Shown here one piece after another: positions 51,817-64,000 of a stretch of 64,000 bases of DNA (position 1 is its first letter; each line of letters begins with the position of its first letter). This DNA comes from Malacoraja senta (Eukaryota). The stretch is taken from NCBI GenBank assembly GCA_038087875.1, contig CM075989.1:16680001-16744000 (forward strand), read 5' to 3'. The position numbers and the translations under genes were made by a program. The notes under the pieces are model-generated. The model was not told the DNA's origin and made no database searches. It saw nothing but the letters and a program-made list of their open reading frames with translations.

Positions 51817-52047
51817 AGGGCCTGTCCCGCTTGGCGATTGTTTTGGCGACTGCCAGCATCATTGACTGATGTATCAGGTCACCGAAAAATTTGCGGCGTG
51901 ACGCAGCGTGATGACTTATGACGAGCGGTGTTTTTTCAAGTGTCGCAACATTTTTTTTGTCGCCGCTGGATCTTGAAATGTTCAAAATCTTTTGGCGACA
52001 CTGATATGACACTGGCAGTCACTGAAAAAAATCGCCAAGTGGGACAG
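51817..52047. mobile_element. PIF/Harbinger-type MITE, right end clipped
   Basis: TIR (agggc)ctgtcccgcttggcgatt / aatcgccaagtgggacag, the same TIR core as the other MITEs. Confidence 0.7.
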
Positions 52048-52715
52048 AATCGTTCCACAGAATCGAGACACTGTGCTTCGGTACAGTAGTGCTATTGGTC
52101 TTCTAAACTAGCAAGGGGGTCAAAGCTGAACTTTATAGTACTGTAAATAAGCACTGTGTAGACGTCTTTGCAAGGAAGTAAGATTGCGCCACAATCTGAG
52201 TGCAAAGAAGGTTTGCAGAGAAGACTGTGTTGAAACGTGACGAGGAGAAGGTACAGAGAAAACAAGCCACATTGAGGAAGGTGGGAATGCAGCTGTGGAA
52301 GAATGTGAGACAATTTCCCAATATTCCCTAGATTTAGAACTGCTGGAAAAGGCTCAATAACCCTTGTTCGAAACTGGATTCAAGGTCATGTCTGGCAACC
52401 TTGGGTGGGTGGGGGGAGCATCCAGGGAAAGTATGAGAGGCAAATGGAATTAGCTTGTTTAGGCAACTTGATTAGCATGAACGAATTAGTCCGAAGGGCT
52501 ACAATTTCCATAAGAGAGTGTTTCTGTGCTGTAGATATATCTGATTCTTTGCCTCTCCAATGACCACGTCAAAGCGAAGCTTTCATTCTAATCACATAAA
52601 TCGGATATGGTTATACTATAAATAGATAATACTTCTATATCTATCAAATCAGATAATACTTCTATGGTTAAATTGGTATAAATTCAGTTCATTACTCCGT
52701 AATCTTCCTGTTTAC

Positions 52716-52846
52716 CTGTACTGGATTGGACACCGCGAAAGGCATCAAAGCTTCCATTGTTATGACCCAGGGAGATATGGTTGTTCCAAAACTCTTCCCC
52801 AGAAATGGTCCAAGTGGAACGTACTCCCACTTTTGAATATCGCGAG
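52716..52846 (-). CDS. FAH: Fumarylacetoacetase exon 9 (131 nt)
   Basis: (A)[43 protein letters not shown]; cag|...|gtaaa. Confidence 0.97.
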
Positions 52847-53022
52847 CTGCAAAATACCAAACCAGTATCAGCGTGAAGAATTAGAATTGGAACAGTACAG
52901 CACAGGTACATGGAGGTGGGTAATTTGTGTTGGGGTCAAGTGGTTTGGCCTGCACATCCCTGGTCTGCTCCACATTGACACCACACCCGACCTGTCAGAC
53001 AATAACCAATAGTTAGTCTTAC

Positions 53023-53122
53023 CGCTCCAGTCATTCATGAGAACCATGCCAAAGATATGCTCGTGGGCCTGGGATACGGGGATAGGCTCTCCCAGCGTGT
53101 TGCCTGGTCCTACAAAGAAGCC
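53023..53122 (-). CDS. FAH: Fumarylacetoacetase exon 8 (100 nt)
   Basis: [33 protein letters not shown]; tag|...|gtaag. Confidence 0.97.
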
Positions 53123-55782
53123 CTAATTTAAGAAGAAACAAAGATGAAAATGACACATTTTGTTTTCATTCTGATTAATACAAGAACAAGGCATAGGTAG
53201 ACACAAAATGCTGGAGTAACTCAGCGGGTCAGGCAGCATCTCTGGAGAGAAGGAATGGGTGATGTCTCGAGTCGGAACCCTTCTTCAGACTGGAAGATAG
53301 AGAAGGCCAGAACAAAACAGGGCCAGCAACAGATGGTCAGGAAGGGTGGATTCCATAATGGCCCATTGTTATCTGGGGCAGATGTGCGAATGACAGGGAT
53401 ATAAGGATGCAAAACCAGCATCTGTAGTTACTTCCTACACAAGAACAAAGCGTGTTGAACAAACCATGTTTCTGGGGGAGTGTCACTATCAAGACTGGTT
53501 TCAAAATACCTCTGCCTTAGAAATTAAATGGGATGTCAGGGGACACCAGTGACATTCAGTACAACCTTCCTCGCCTTTCTTCACATGGATCCATTGGACA
53601 CTGGCGGAAGGGAGCCCTGGGTTTGATGGCCCATTCACAGGATGGCACAGCTGGCACAGCAGCAGACGCCTGGTTCTACCCCAGGCTGTCAGCCTGGAGA
53701 AGCACCTCAGAATACCACACCAACACACAGCAAGGTTCTGCCAACTCAGCCGTGACTACACTGTGCAGTCTTTGAAGATCAGATAATGTAAATCTAACAG
53801 ACCTCGAATATCTCGTGAATGTTATCAACGTCAGAAAATCCTGTGTCATTTTTTGAATTGTTGTTGATTTGAGGAGGTGAGATTTGCACTGACAGCTCGT
53901 CGGTAGGGAGTGGAGCCAGTGTGGGGTTGGGGTTCCAAGTGTCTGTACTCGAGATCAGAGAGTGCAGTAGTCAACATGTTCGGTACCTCGGGTGTTTAGA
54001 CTTTGGTGAGGGTGGGGTGCCAGCACCATGGTACACAAGATCATTTACCTTGTGAAAGTGCGAAGCAATAATTAGTGTGGGGGAGCAGTACAGCCAGTGG
54101 GGAGATGCACTTCAGCCACAAACATGAACCCCAAAGGCAGTGCGTTCTGGCTGGTGCTAAAGCTGACAACATGGACAGGAAAGGATCTGGGAAAGAGCAG
54201 GTAAAGATCCAGATATAGTGTCTATGTGGGAACCAACTATATAGAAAGGTGAGAAATGAGGGTCTGTTAAGGAAGTTTAAGCTTTAAGGTTCACATTTAA
54301 AAAGCAGAACCTCAAAGATAATCATTTCTGGACCATTGCCTGATCAAGTGATCAGAGAGTTGAATCTGTGGCTTGACGACTGATGAGGAAGGAATAGGTT
54401 TCAATTCATGAAGTGAAACATCAGGGAATGTGGAAGCTGTTCATTTCAGGGCCAGTCCTGAATTAGGATGGGACCTGCGTCTCAACAAGACTCACCCAGT
54501 CTATCTGCATCACCACTTTTGGGGAATTATGTACCGAGAACCAATTTCAGGAGAAGTTTTTTGCACTCAGAGGATGGTGAACCTTTGGAGTTCTCAGAGG
54601 GGTGTGGAGGCAGAGTTTTCAAATATGTTCAAGGATATCTAATCAGGCTGCATTTAAGGCTGTAAACTATTGGCTGGGAGAGGGGGAAGAGTGCAGCATA
54701 AGATGAGGCAAGTTTAGAAACCTAAAGAGAAAGGCCAAATGAAATGAGTAATGATTTCCGGAGACTGTCAGGAAGGGGACAGTGCATACAAAAGTAAGTG
54801 CAGAGATGGAGTAGGGAAAACATTAGAGAAACAAAACTGAAGGCCTTATCTGATTACATGCAGCACTTGTGAGAAGATAGACAATTTTTTGGCAGAGGTA
54901 TAAATAAATGGCCATGATCTAATAGCCATTATGGAGATAAGGCTGCAAAGTGACCAGGGCTGGGAATTAAATGTTTCAAGATACTTAACCTTTAGAATAG
55001 AGAAAGATGACAGGATGACATTACAGAGAAAAGAACTTGGCTCAGAAACATGAAAAGTAAAATTAGTAAGGTTGGAGCTAAGAAACAGCAAGGGGCAGCT
55101 AAACTTGGTTACAATCATCTGTAAGCTCCTAAACAACAATGATGATACAGGACGTTATATAAATCAGGAAACCAGAAGCACAATAGGGGTAACACAATTC
55201 CCATTGTGGACTTTAACAATATACAGAGCGGGACAAAGCATCTCAGTAATTCATAGAGATTATATGGGGTATGTGGGGTCAGGGATGAGGCCAGGTTTGA
55301 CAGTGACCACACCGACACTCGCAGTGGGGTGAACTCACGTGATATATTTTATTTAGAGTGGTCAGAGGGACCAGGACTACATGGGGGCGCTGTACCTCAT
55401 CATCAGGGCATGTGTGTATTGGCTGGCGATCTCAGGGTTGTCCCAGCAGTCCAGTCTTGTTGTTCAAAGGAGAAGGTGTGGTGATCTCAGACTTCTCCCT
55501 GCAGTTCACCATTGCTTCAAGAGGAGGTGCTGGCGGTCTCAAGTTTATCCTGGCGGCTCAGTCTTTGCCTCTGTGAGGCCACAGTCCCTCATTGCCCGTG
55601 GGCAGGAAGAGGCACTGGCATCTCAGGCTTGCCATTGCCACTCAGTCATGGCCTCAGGTAGAGGCACTGGCGGTCTAGGGCTTCTTCCTGGCTGTCCAGT
55701 CTTGAGCACACGGTGGCACTGGTGGTCTCAGGTTTGTCCCAGTAGCTGAGTGTTTGTCAAACCTGCGATGGGGAGAGGGAGG

Positions 55783-55797
55783 TCTCTCTCTCTCTCT

Positions 55798-55835
<38 letters not shown>
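55783..55835. repeat. (CT)n microsatellite
   Basis: Direct reading; one short interruption. Confidence 0.95.
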
Positions 55836-55840
<5 letters not shown>

Positions 55841-56288
55841 TGACAGAGTCAGGGAGAACATGCAAACCTTACACAGACAGCACCCAAGGTCAGAATTGAA
55901 CTGGGGCTTCTGGAGCTACAACGTTGTACCTGTACTAGTTGCACCACTTTAGCATTGAAACAGGCTCTTCAGCCCATGTTATCCATGCTAGCCATCGAAT
56001 ACCCATCCATATGGATCCCATTTACCAGCACATGGTCCATAGCCAACTCTGCCTTGATGATTCAAGGTAGTTCTTAAACATTGTGAGTGCCTCTGTCTCC
56101 ACCACCCACTCAGATTGCAGTTATGTTTCAAAGTGAATTCTCTAGTTAGCAGAAGCTTTTTACATTACATTATACTTCGACTCTCTGGGCTATCTGTAAT
56201 GAGTCTTGCTTCCAATCACTGGCCTACACCGTGGTTGAAAACCCACCTCACTGCTGCTCCATGCCATGATGGAATGAACGGGACTTAC

Positions 56289-56341
56289 CATCTCCAACTC
56301 AAAGTCCAGAAGTTTGCAAGCTCCAAATACCGGCGGCTTTG
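56289..56341 (-). CDS. FAH: Fumarylacetoacetase exon 7 (53 nt)
   Basis: (A)KPPVFGACKLLDFELEM; cag|...|gtaagt. Confidence 0.95.
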
Positions 56342-56389
56342 CTGCAAAGAAAACATTCTTCAGCCATAAGTGTCACCAAGACAATTATT

Positions 56390-57160
56390 AAGGTCATAAG
56401 GAATAGGTGTAGAGTTAGGTCATTCAGCCCATCAAATCTACTCCACCATTCAATCATGGCAGATCTATCTCTCCCTCCCAACCCCATTCTCATCCCTTCT
56501 CCCCATAACCCCGTACTAATCAAGAATTTATCTATCTCTGCCTTAAAAATATCCACTGACTTGGCCTCTGCAGCCATCTGCGGCAAATAAATCCACAGAT
56601 TCACTACCCCCTAACTAAAGAATGTTCTCCTCATCTCCTTCCTAAAAGAACAACCTTTAATTCTGAGGCTATGACCCCTAGTCCTAGACTCTCCCACTAG
56701 TGGAAACATCCTCTCCACATCCACTCTATCCAAGCCTTTTACTATTCTGTATGTTTCAATGAGGTTCCCCCTCATTCTTCTAGACTCCAGCGAGTACAGG
56801 CCCTGTGCTGACAAACGCTCATCATAGGTTAACCTACTCATTCCTGGGATCATTCTTGTAAACCTCCCCTGGACCCTCTCCCGTGCCAGCACATCCTTCC
56901 TCAAATATGGTGCCTAAAATTGCTCACAATACTGCCAAATGCGGCCTTACCATCGCCTTATAGAGCCTCAACATTACATTGCTGTTTTTGTATACAAGCC
57001 CTCTTGAAATAAATGCTAGCATTGAGTTTACCTCCTTTACTACCAATTCAACTTGCAGATTAACATTTTGGGAATCCTGCAACAACACTCCCAAGTCCCT
57101 AAGCACCTCTGATTTCTGGATTCTCAACCCATTTAGAAAATAGTGTACACCTTTATTCCC
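56390..57160 (-). mobile_element. CR1-clade LINE 3' fragment
   Basis: ORFs 56924-57163 and 56611-56904 (RDLGV, LRLYKAMVRPHL, ERVQGRFTRMIPGM, RTRGHSL) followed by a 3' UTR. Confidence 0.9.
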
Positions 57161-59580
57161 CAAAGTATTTCTTCAAAGTATTCATTTTGTAGCAATTTTC
57201 AAGCATGATAACAGTGCTGACATCTTCAATGTGCTTTCACTGGTAACATCTCTAAACAACATTCAACACAAAAATTGTACATAGGTTGCAGGAGGAGGTT
57301 CTGCATGGCTGAGGTGTCTAGTACTGGGGGACAGGGCCTCAGGAGTGGAGGTTTGCCATTTGGAGTCAGAGAGTTACACAGCATTGAAATAGGCCCTGTA
57401 GGCCAACTCGTCCACACCGATCAAGAAGTCCCTCTGTACGTCCCTTTTCTCCATGTTTGCCCTATATCCTTCCAAAGCCCTTCTATCCGCCTGTCCAAAT
57501 GTCTCGTAAACATTGTAATTGTACCTGCCTCTACCACTTCTTCTGGAAGTTTGTTCCACATACCCACCATCCTCTATGTGAAAATGTTATTGCTCAGAGA
57601 CCTTATAAACGATTCCACTCACACCCTGAATCTATGTCCACTGGTGTTATACTCCCTTACCTTGAATAAAGTGTGACCATCCACCTTATCTTTATCCCTC
57701 ATGATTTCATATCTACCTATAAAATCACCCCTCAACCTTCTAAACTCAAGGAATAAAGTCTATGCACCCTCTCCTTATAATTCAAGCCCTCTGGTCCCAG
57801 TAACATCCTGGTCAATCTTTTCTGCACTATATCCAGCTTAATGACATCCTTCATTTAGCAGGTCAAACACGACTGCACACAACATGCCATGGATCGTCTC
57901 ACCAACATCTTATAGATACATAGATACATAGACAATAGGTGCAGCAAGAGGCCATTCAGCCTTTCGAGCCAGCACCGCCATTCAATGTGATCATGGCTGA
58001 TCATCCACAATCAGTACCCCGTTCCTGCCTTCTCCCCAGGCCCCTTGATTCCGCTAGCCCTAAGAGCTCTATCTAACTCTCTTTTGAATCTTGTACAACT
58101 GTAACATGACGTCCCAACTCTTGTACTCAATGGGCCGACTGATGAATGGCCAACACTTCCGTCACCACCCAGTCTACCTGCATTGCCACTTTCATGGAGT
58201 TATGTACCTAGAACCAATTTCAGGAGAAATGTCTGCACTCAGAGGATGGTGAACCTTCGCAGTTCTCAGAGGGGTGTGGAGGTTTCAAATATGTTCAAGG
58301 ATATCTAATATACAGTAGATGTATATTTTGATTCTCAAAGGTTGGGGGGGATCTGGGAAGAAGGTGGGAATAGGGTAGTAAAGTGGATCAACAGCCATGC
58401 TACTACTGAATGGTGGAGAAGCTCGAAGGGCCGAAGGACCTCCTCCGTCTCCCATTTTCTATGTATCTATATAACCATTGCAATTGGCTCCAATTCATCT
58501 AGGAAATGACCAGCTCTAAGATCATTAGATCTGAACTGAGATTTAATGATTTAATTGCTACATCAGGGCAGGGCTCAAGTGCAGTCTAAAAACCAAAGCA
58601 AAACAACTAATTTCACAATGAATGTTCTCCCATTACTGGGAGCTTGAGATTTGCAGCACTTAACTTTCCAAATAACCTGTATGAAGTCAGATTGCTAGTC
58701 TTAATTTAACTCTGAGCAGGTCTGGTTTACAGAACAAAATCACTGCAGTAAGGGATGGGACTGGAAGCTTGATGGCCAGGGTCGGGGAAAGCCACGGAAC
58801 TGGGTTTAGAGAGAAGTAATGAGATTCTGCATCCAGTCACAATTAGAAACATACTCCATTCATCAAACCTGGCAGCCCTTCACTTGAATGAGCAGGAAGG
58901 AAAGGGATTAATGAGGTGACCTTGAAATTTTGCGATGCATCATTTGGCATTGAATGCTTAAACGGTATCCAAGCTACATGGATAGTCACACAGAAATGGG
59001 CACCTAGTCTATCCTTGTTTATGCCGATGTAGAGGAGGCCATAAATCCTTGCCTCCAAGACCTCCCTCTCATCAGCCTGTGTAGACCCTGTTTGCTGACA
59101 TCAAAGGCTTGTGATCTGAAATTTCACAAGCTTAAAGTTGATATCTTTATGTCCTAATCCCTCCACGACCGTACCTCGGTGTTTATAGCTGGAGGAATTG
59201 AATGCATAAGGAGGGACGTTATGTTTCAGTTGTATAGAGCACTGGTGAGATGATGCCTGCAGTATTGAGTCCAGTATGGGCTGTTATTGAGTTGGAAGTA
59301 GTTCAAAGGAGGTTTACTTGACTAATATACAGAACAAGGTGGGTTGCTTATGGGGAAAGGTTGGATGGGCAAGGCTTGGCTTGTATCCACTGGAATTTGG
59401 ATGAGTGAGTGCGCTTGAATGAAACAAATAATATCCTGAGGATTCTTGACTGAGTGGATGTGGAGAGGGCCTTTCCTCTTGTGGGAGAATCCAGAATAAG
59501 ATTTTTTTTTTTTAAATAAGGGACCACCTTATAAGACAGGGTTGAAATGATTATTTTTCCCTCAGAGAGACGTAAATCGT

Positions 59581-59883
59581 TAGACTTTAGACTTTCGAGA
59601 CATAGCGCGGAAACAGGCCCTTTGGCCCATTAAGTCTGTACTGACCAGCAATCATCCCGTACACTAACACGACCCTACACACTAGGGACAATTTACAATT
59701 TTAACAAAGCTAGTTAACCTACAAACTTGTATATCTTTGGAGTGCAGGAGGAAAACGGAGCAGCCGGAGAAAGCCCACGCAGTCACAGAGAGAACGTATA
59801 AACTCCGTATGATCAGCACCCGTAGTCAGGATTGAACCTGGGTCTCTGGCGCTGCAATCTACAGCTGCGCCACTGTGCTGCCC
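59581..59883 (-). mobile_element. tRNA-derived V-SINE (HE1-like), near full length
   Basis: Minus strand 'gggcagcacagtgggcgcagctgtaga...gacccaggttcaatcctgact', the V core and a (tctaaag)n tail. Confidence 0.8.
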
Positions 59884-60975
59884 TTGCGCCGCCCTCTTTT
59901 GAATCTTTAGAGCTCTCTTCTTCAAAAGATGGTGGGAGTTTTTGAATATTTTTAAGCAAAAGTATATGGATTCATAATAGAGTGAGGAGAATTGAAACTG
60001 ATCCATTGTGGGGAAGGGGAGGTGGAAAGGAGAGGAATGAAGAGATAAGGTCGTAATCTGATCAGCCACAATCTTATTAAATGGTGGGCCAGTATCGAGG
60101 GCCGAATAGCCTCCTCCTACTCCGGAGTCATTTGTTCACATGATCTCCTCCAGCATGACAGCCTTAAACCTGCACTCCTTCCATTCTGATATCAGTGCAC
60201 CCCTGCATTTACTCAGTCCATAATGGCAGGTCTTCAGTTTAGAAGGCTCTGGAATTCCCTCCAAAAACCCTCCCCATCTCTTGTACCTCCTTTAGATCAC
60301 ACTAAAAACCATCACCAAACAGAGAGCAGGGCTGAACTATCTACCTCTTTGATGACCCTCCCACTATCCTTGATTGGACTTTGCTGGCTTTACCTTGCAC
60401 TAAGCGTTATTCCCTTATACATTGTAAATGGATCGATTGTAATCATGTGCTGACTGGATAGCACACAACAAAAGCTTTTCACTGTACCTCGGTACACTTG
60501 ACAATAAACTAAACTGAACTCTCTCTCTAAGCTTCTGCTAAGCTGCCCTTAGATATCATCTCTTGTCTGACGCAAGATATTTTGGACATTGTGCACGTTT
60601 AGTTGAATTATTTCACCCTCTCACAAGTGTTTAGAATTATGAAGATAATTTTCTATTAAATGGTGTCAAACACTGGGTATTTTACACCTTCATTAGCAAC
60701 TGAAGGGCATTCAGAACATAAAATCAATATGATGGGGTCACATAGATCTATCACGATGACATCAGGAGAGGCAGATTCAACATCGATCAATAAAGCCACT
60801 ACATGTACAGGTATAATCCAAGCTCCAACTGCCCTTTCTGAAGTCACCTTGGATGAAATAATTAATTAATTCAACATAACTTTTTAAGTCGATTTTAAGA
60901 CGCATTCATTGTACTTCAAGAGCTCTCGCCAGCCAGCTATTCACTCAGATTAAATCCTCGTTGTCTCATACTTAC

Positions 60976-61073
60976 CATCATCGGGTTTCATCTGGCCCTG
61001 GGGTCTTCTGACGGAGGTCCCAGACACAATGACGGACGATGCGCGACCATGATAACCAACAGGTAGATGCAGC
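60976..61073 (-). CDS. FAH: Fumarylacetoacetase exon 6 (98 nt)
   Basis: [32 protein letters not shown]; cag|...|gtaagt. Confidence 0.97.
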
Positions 61074-61910
61074 CTGAGATTGTAACGCGCAGAATATTGG
61101 TTTAAAGTCTACAACACCAACCTTCATTCTGTGACCATACATGATAAACTTATTCACCTGGTTTAAATTGACTTCTGAACCCTGATATGTTAAGTATATC
61201 ATTCACAATATATTAAATTGGGAGAAAAGTTAACTCATTTCTGTTTCTCCATCCAGAAGCAAGATTCAGATTCGGAGAGTTTCAGAGACACCTCCAGATT
61301 CAGAGACAGTTTCTTTCCAGCTGTTATCAGACAACTGAACCATCCTACCAACAACTAGAGAGCGGTCCTGAGCTACTATCTACCTCATTGAAGACCCTCG
61401 TACTATCTTTAATTGGACTCTACTGGATTTTATCTTGCACTAAACGTTATTCCCTTTATCATGTATCTGTACACTGTGGACAGCTCGATTGTAATTATGT
61501 AGTCTTTTTGCTGACTGGTTAGCAAGCAACAAAAAAAATTTCACTGTACCTCGGTTCATGTGACAATAAACTAAACTAACTAACTATGTGAACCACTAAT
61601 GTTTTGTCTAAACTTTCCTGTTATTTGTCAAACCAACAACTTGGGTTTGTTGGCTAATTTTCCAAATCTATCTTCACCAAATCATTAACCATTTAATTAA
61701 TCTTCAAATATGGAATCACCTCCTTTTAAAGTCCAAAAGGTTGTTCCCCTTTCTTGCTCTCACACCAGAGATCAAGCTTCCATGTATAACTACTTACGGC
61801 AGTGTGCTTGCCTACACCAGGGCCCCCTCTGTTCTGCCAGTGCATTAGATTGTGGCTGATCTGTGATGCACTCTGTGCACGCCGTTGTAAAATAAATGTA
61901 AAATGGAAAC

Positions 61911-63516
61911 TGTGATGTTTGGTGGACTGTGTGGGGTAGGAGGACCAGTTGCTCCTCCTGTGCAGCAGGTGATTTTAAAACTCAATGCTGCGAAAAGTGC
62001 CAAGACAATGCGTTGTGGGATAGACTTGTCATGGGCTGCAGGCACACATTCATCCAGCAGGCGATTCTCAAGGAATCAGACGCCACATTGAAGAATGTGC
62101 TACAGTGTGCTAAGATGGCCGAGCTGCTAACTAAAGAACTGCACAAAATGGCCGGCGAAACAGCGTCGAAGCTCCCTCAGGAGGTGCATACAGTTTGTCA
62201 AACTCGTCCGCAACACTAGAAACCAGTTGATCGACCCAGAGCAAATCCGGAGAAGGTGGGACAGTTTCAGAAGAGCCGTCCCCCTGTGGGGAGAGGATCG
62301 AAACCCTGCTACCGGTGCGGCTCGAATGCTCATCATCACCGTGAGTGCCCATATATCAAGTCCGTTTGTTATGCCTGTTACCGAAAAGGTAATCTCCAGG
62401 TAATGTGTCAATCCGTAAGAAAGCTGAGAAAGGGCAAGAAAGCGCAAAACACAGTCGACCAAATCGCGGAGACCATTTCTATTGAAGTGCTCGGTGTGTC
62501 TACGATCACCGACAAGATGAGGATTTCGCTGCAGGTCTCGAACGTCGATCTACAGTTCCAGGTGGACACTGGTGCGGCTGTGTCGCTAGTTCAGGACATC
62601 TGGGAGAGGATCGGATTGCCGAAACTGAAACTGGCCAACATCCACCTTTTTGGATACGGACGACAGCCCATTCCCACGAAAGGCAAATGCACTGTTGCCG
62701 TTATCTGTAATGGTTTGACACAGATGTTGCCGCTGATCGTCGTTGGTAAAGAAGGTACATCCCTGTGCGCCATCGACTGGATCCATGCTTTCAAGCTTGA
62801 CATGAACGCCTTGATCTACAATGGATCAACAATGGCATTGTCATCTACCACGGATTGCAACATGGTCAGCAAGTGCGTGAACAACCTGCGAATGGCACTG
62901 GTCCAAAGAGTGTGACCATGCATTCACCAGATTGAAGGAGATGCTCGCCAAGAAGACGCGTTTGGTCCACTATGACCCATCGAAGCCGATCTCGCTGGCC
63001 GCCAATGAATCACCTTATGGTCTTGGAGCTGTAATCTCACAAACGGCGCCGAACAGCAAGGAAGAGCATCCATAACGCTGACGACCGGTAAGAAAAAGTA
63101 CGGCCAAGTGGAGAAAGAACAGCAAGAACAGATAAAGCAAATACTGATATCTCTTCAAACGAGAACACTGAGGAAAACTCTTTTGATTCTGAGCCTTTAG
63201 CAAGAGTTATGAAATGCAAAAAAGGCTGGAAAAAAAGAGTGAAGCAAGGTCCACTTGGAGACGTTCAAACTGGAAAGAGGGAATGTGATGTTTGGTGGAC
63301 TGTGCGGAGTGGGAGGACCCATTACTCCTCCCGTGCAGCAGGTGGCGCTGCACAGGACAAAGGGAGATGTTTTATATATAGTTTATCCTGTCTGTAGACA
63401 GGGTATGTGCAGCCATTTTTTGAGTAGTCTTGCTGCCAGCATTGAGTAAAGCATTAAAGACTTCTGTTGTAAATTGAAGATTCTCAAGTTTTGTGCAGAC
63501 CTAGAAAATGAACACA
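61911..63516 (+). mobile_element. Internally deleted Ty3/Gypsy (Mag-like) LTR retrotransposon in FAH intron 5
   Basis: Partial 5' LTR 61911-61971 matches the 3' LTR 63284-63516 (TGTG...CACA). PPT ggaaagagggaa precedes the 3' LTR. Gag has two CCHC-type knuckles (CYRCGSNAHHHREC; CYACYRKGNLQVMC). Protease VDTGA. RNase H remnant LVHYDPSKPISLAANESPYGLGAVISQ (62962-63042). Confidence 0.9.
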
Positions 63517-63772
63517 AAAGAAACTCATGGTCCACCGGGCACACAATGATCACTGCCCTTCTGTACATTTCTGATACTTAAAGCACCTGCAGCCGGCACC
63601 ACAAGGCATAGCAGAGATGCCACCAGACTGAGAAACGTCACCTGTCCATTCCCTCCACAGATGCTGCATGGTAGAGATGGGTACAATTACATTAGTGCAA
63701 TGCAGCTCTAAAGCTACATGTAGAACAGCCCAGCTGACGAATGTAGATGCAGGTGAGAGGAGAGGCACTAAC

Positions 63773-63863
63773 CAGTTGGGCATGAGGGCATTGTCCTTTC
63801 CTCGAAACATGACTCCAACATTTGTAGCGTGCTGACGGGATGAATAGAAGTCCGTGTAATCTC
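63773..63863 (-). CDS. FAH: Fumarylacetoacetase exon 5 (91 nt); exons 1-4 lie beyond the window
   Basis: (G)[29 protein letters not shown](W); tag|...|gttagt. Confidence 0.97.
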
Positions 63864-64000
63864 CTAAAAATCAGACAATACAATTAAACACGGAATGGCT
63901 CATGCTAATCAAACTCTCAGTCATTTCTACTCTCATAGAATATTTGATGACAAAGGTGGCAGCGAGAGGATGCCTCATCAATCTATCTGTCATTAGAAAT

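Overview
Vertebrate genomic DNA. The repeat content points to a cartilaginous fish such as a skate or ray (inference). There are two convergent host genes. CTXND1 has a single coding exon (+, 35377-35568) and a probable CpG-island promoter near 4.4-6.4 kb. FAH exons 5-14 lie on the minus strand (63863 to 42195), all GT-AG, with exon sizes matching human and catalytic residues intact. The rest is mostly transposon-derived: CR1, L2, Rex1-like and L1/Tx1 LINE fragments, V-SINEs, Harbinger-type MITEs, a non-autonomous Helitron carrying a probable captured coding exon, a deleted Gypsy element and a 200-N gap. The most striking signal is a set of ribozyme-like folds in short retroelements: (1) a 144-bp TSD-flanked retroposon whose first 53 nt fold into a minimal CPEB3/HDV-like ribozyme (9108-9160); (2) many hammerhead-core copies in a Penelope-like repeat family; (3) a 419-bp RTE-like SINE with a pseudoknotted, HDV-like-connected 5' end just downstream of CTXND1. 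All folds were derived by eye, no activity is demonstrated, and family names come from recalled consensus features rather than database searches.
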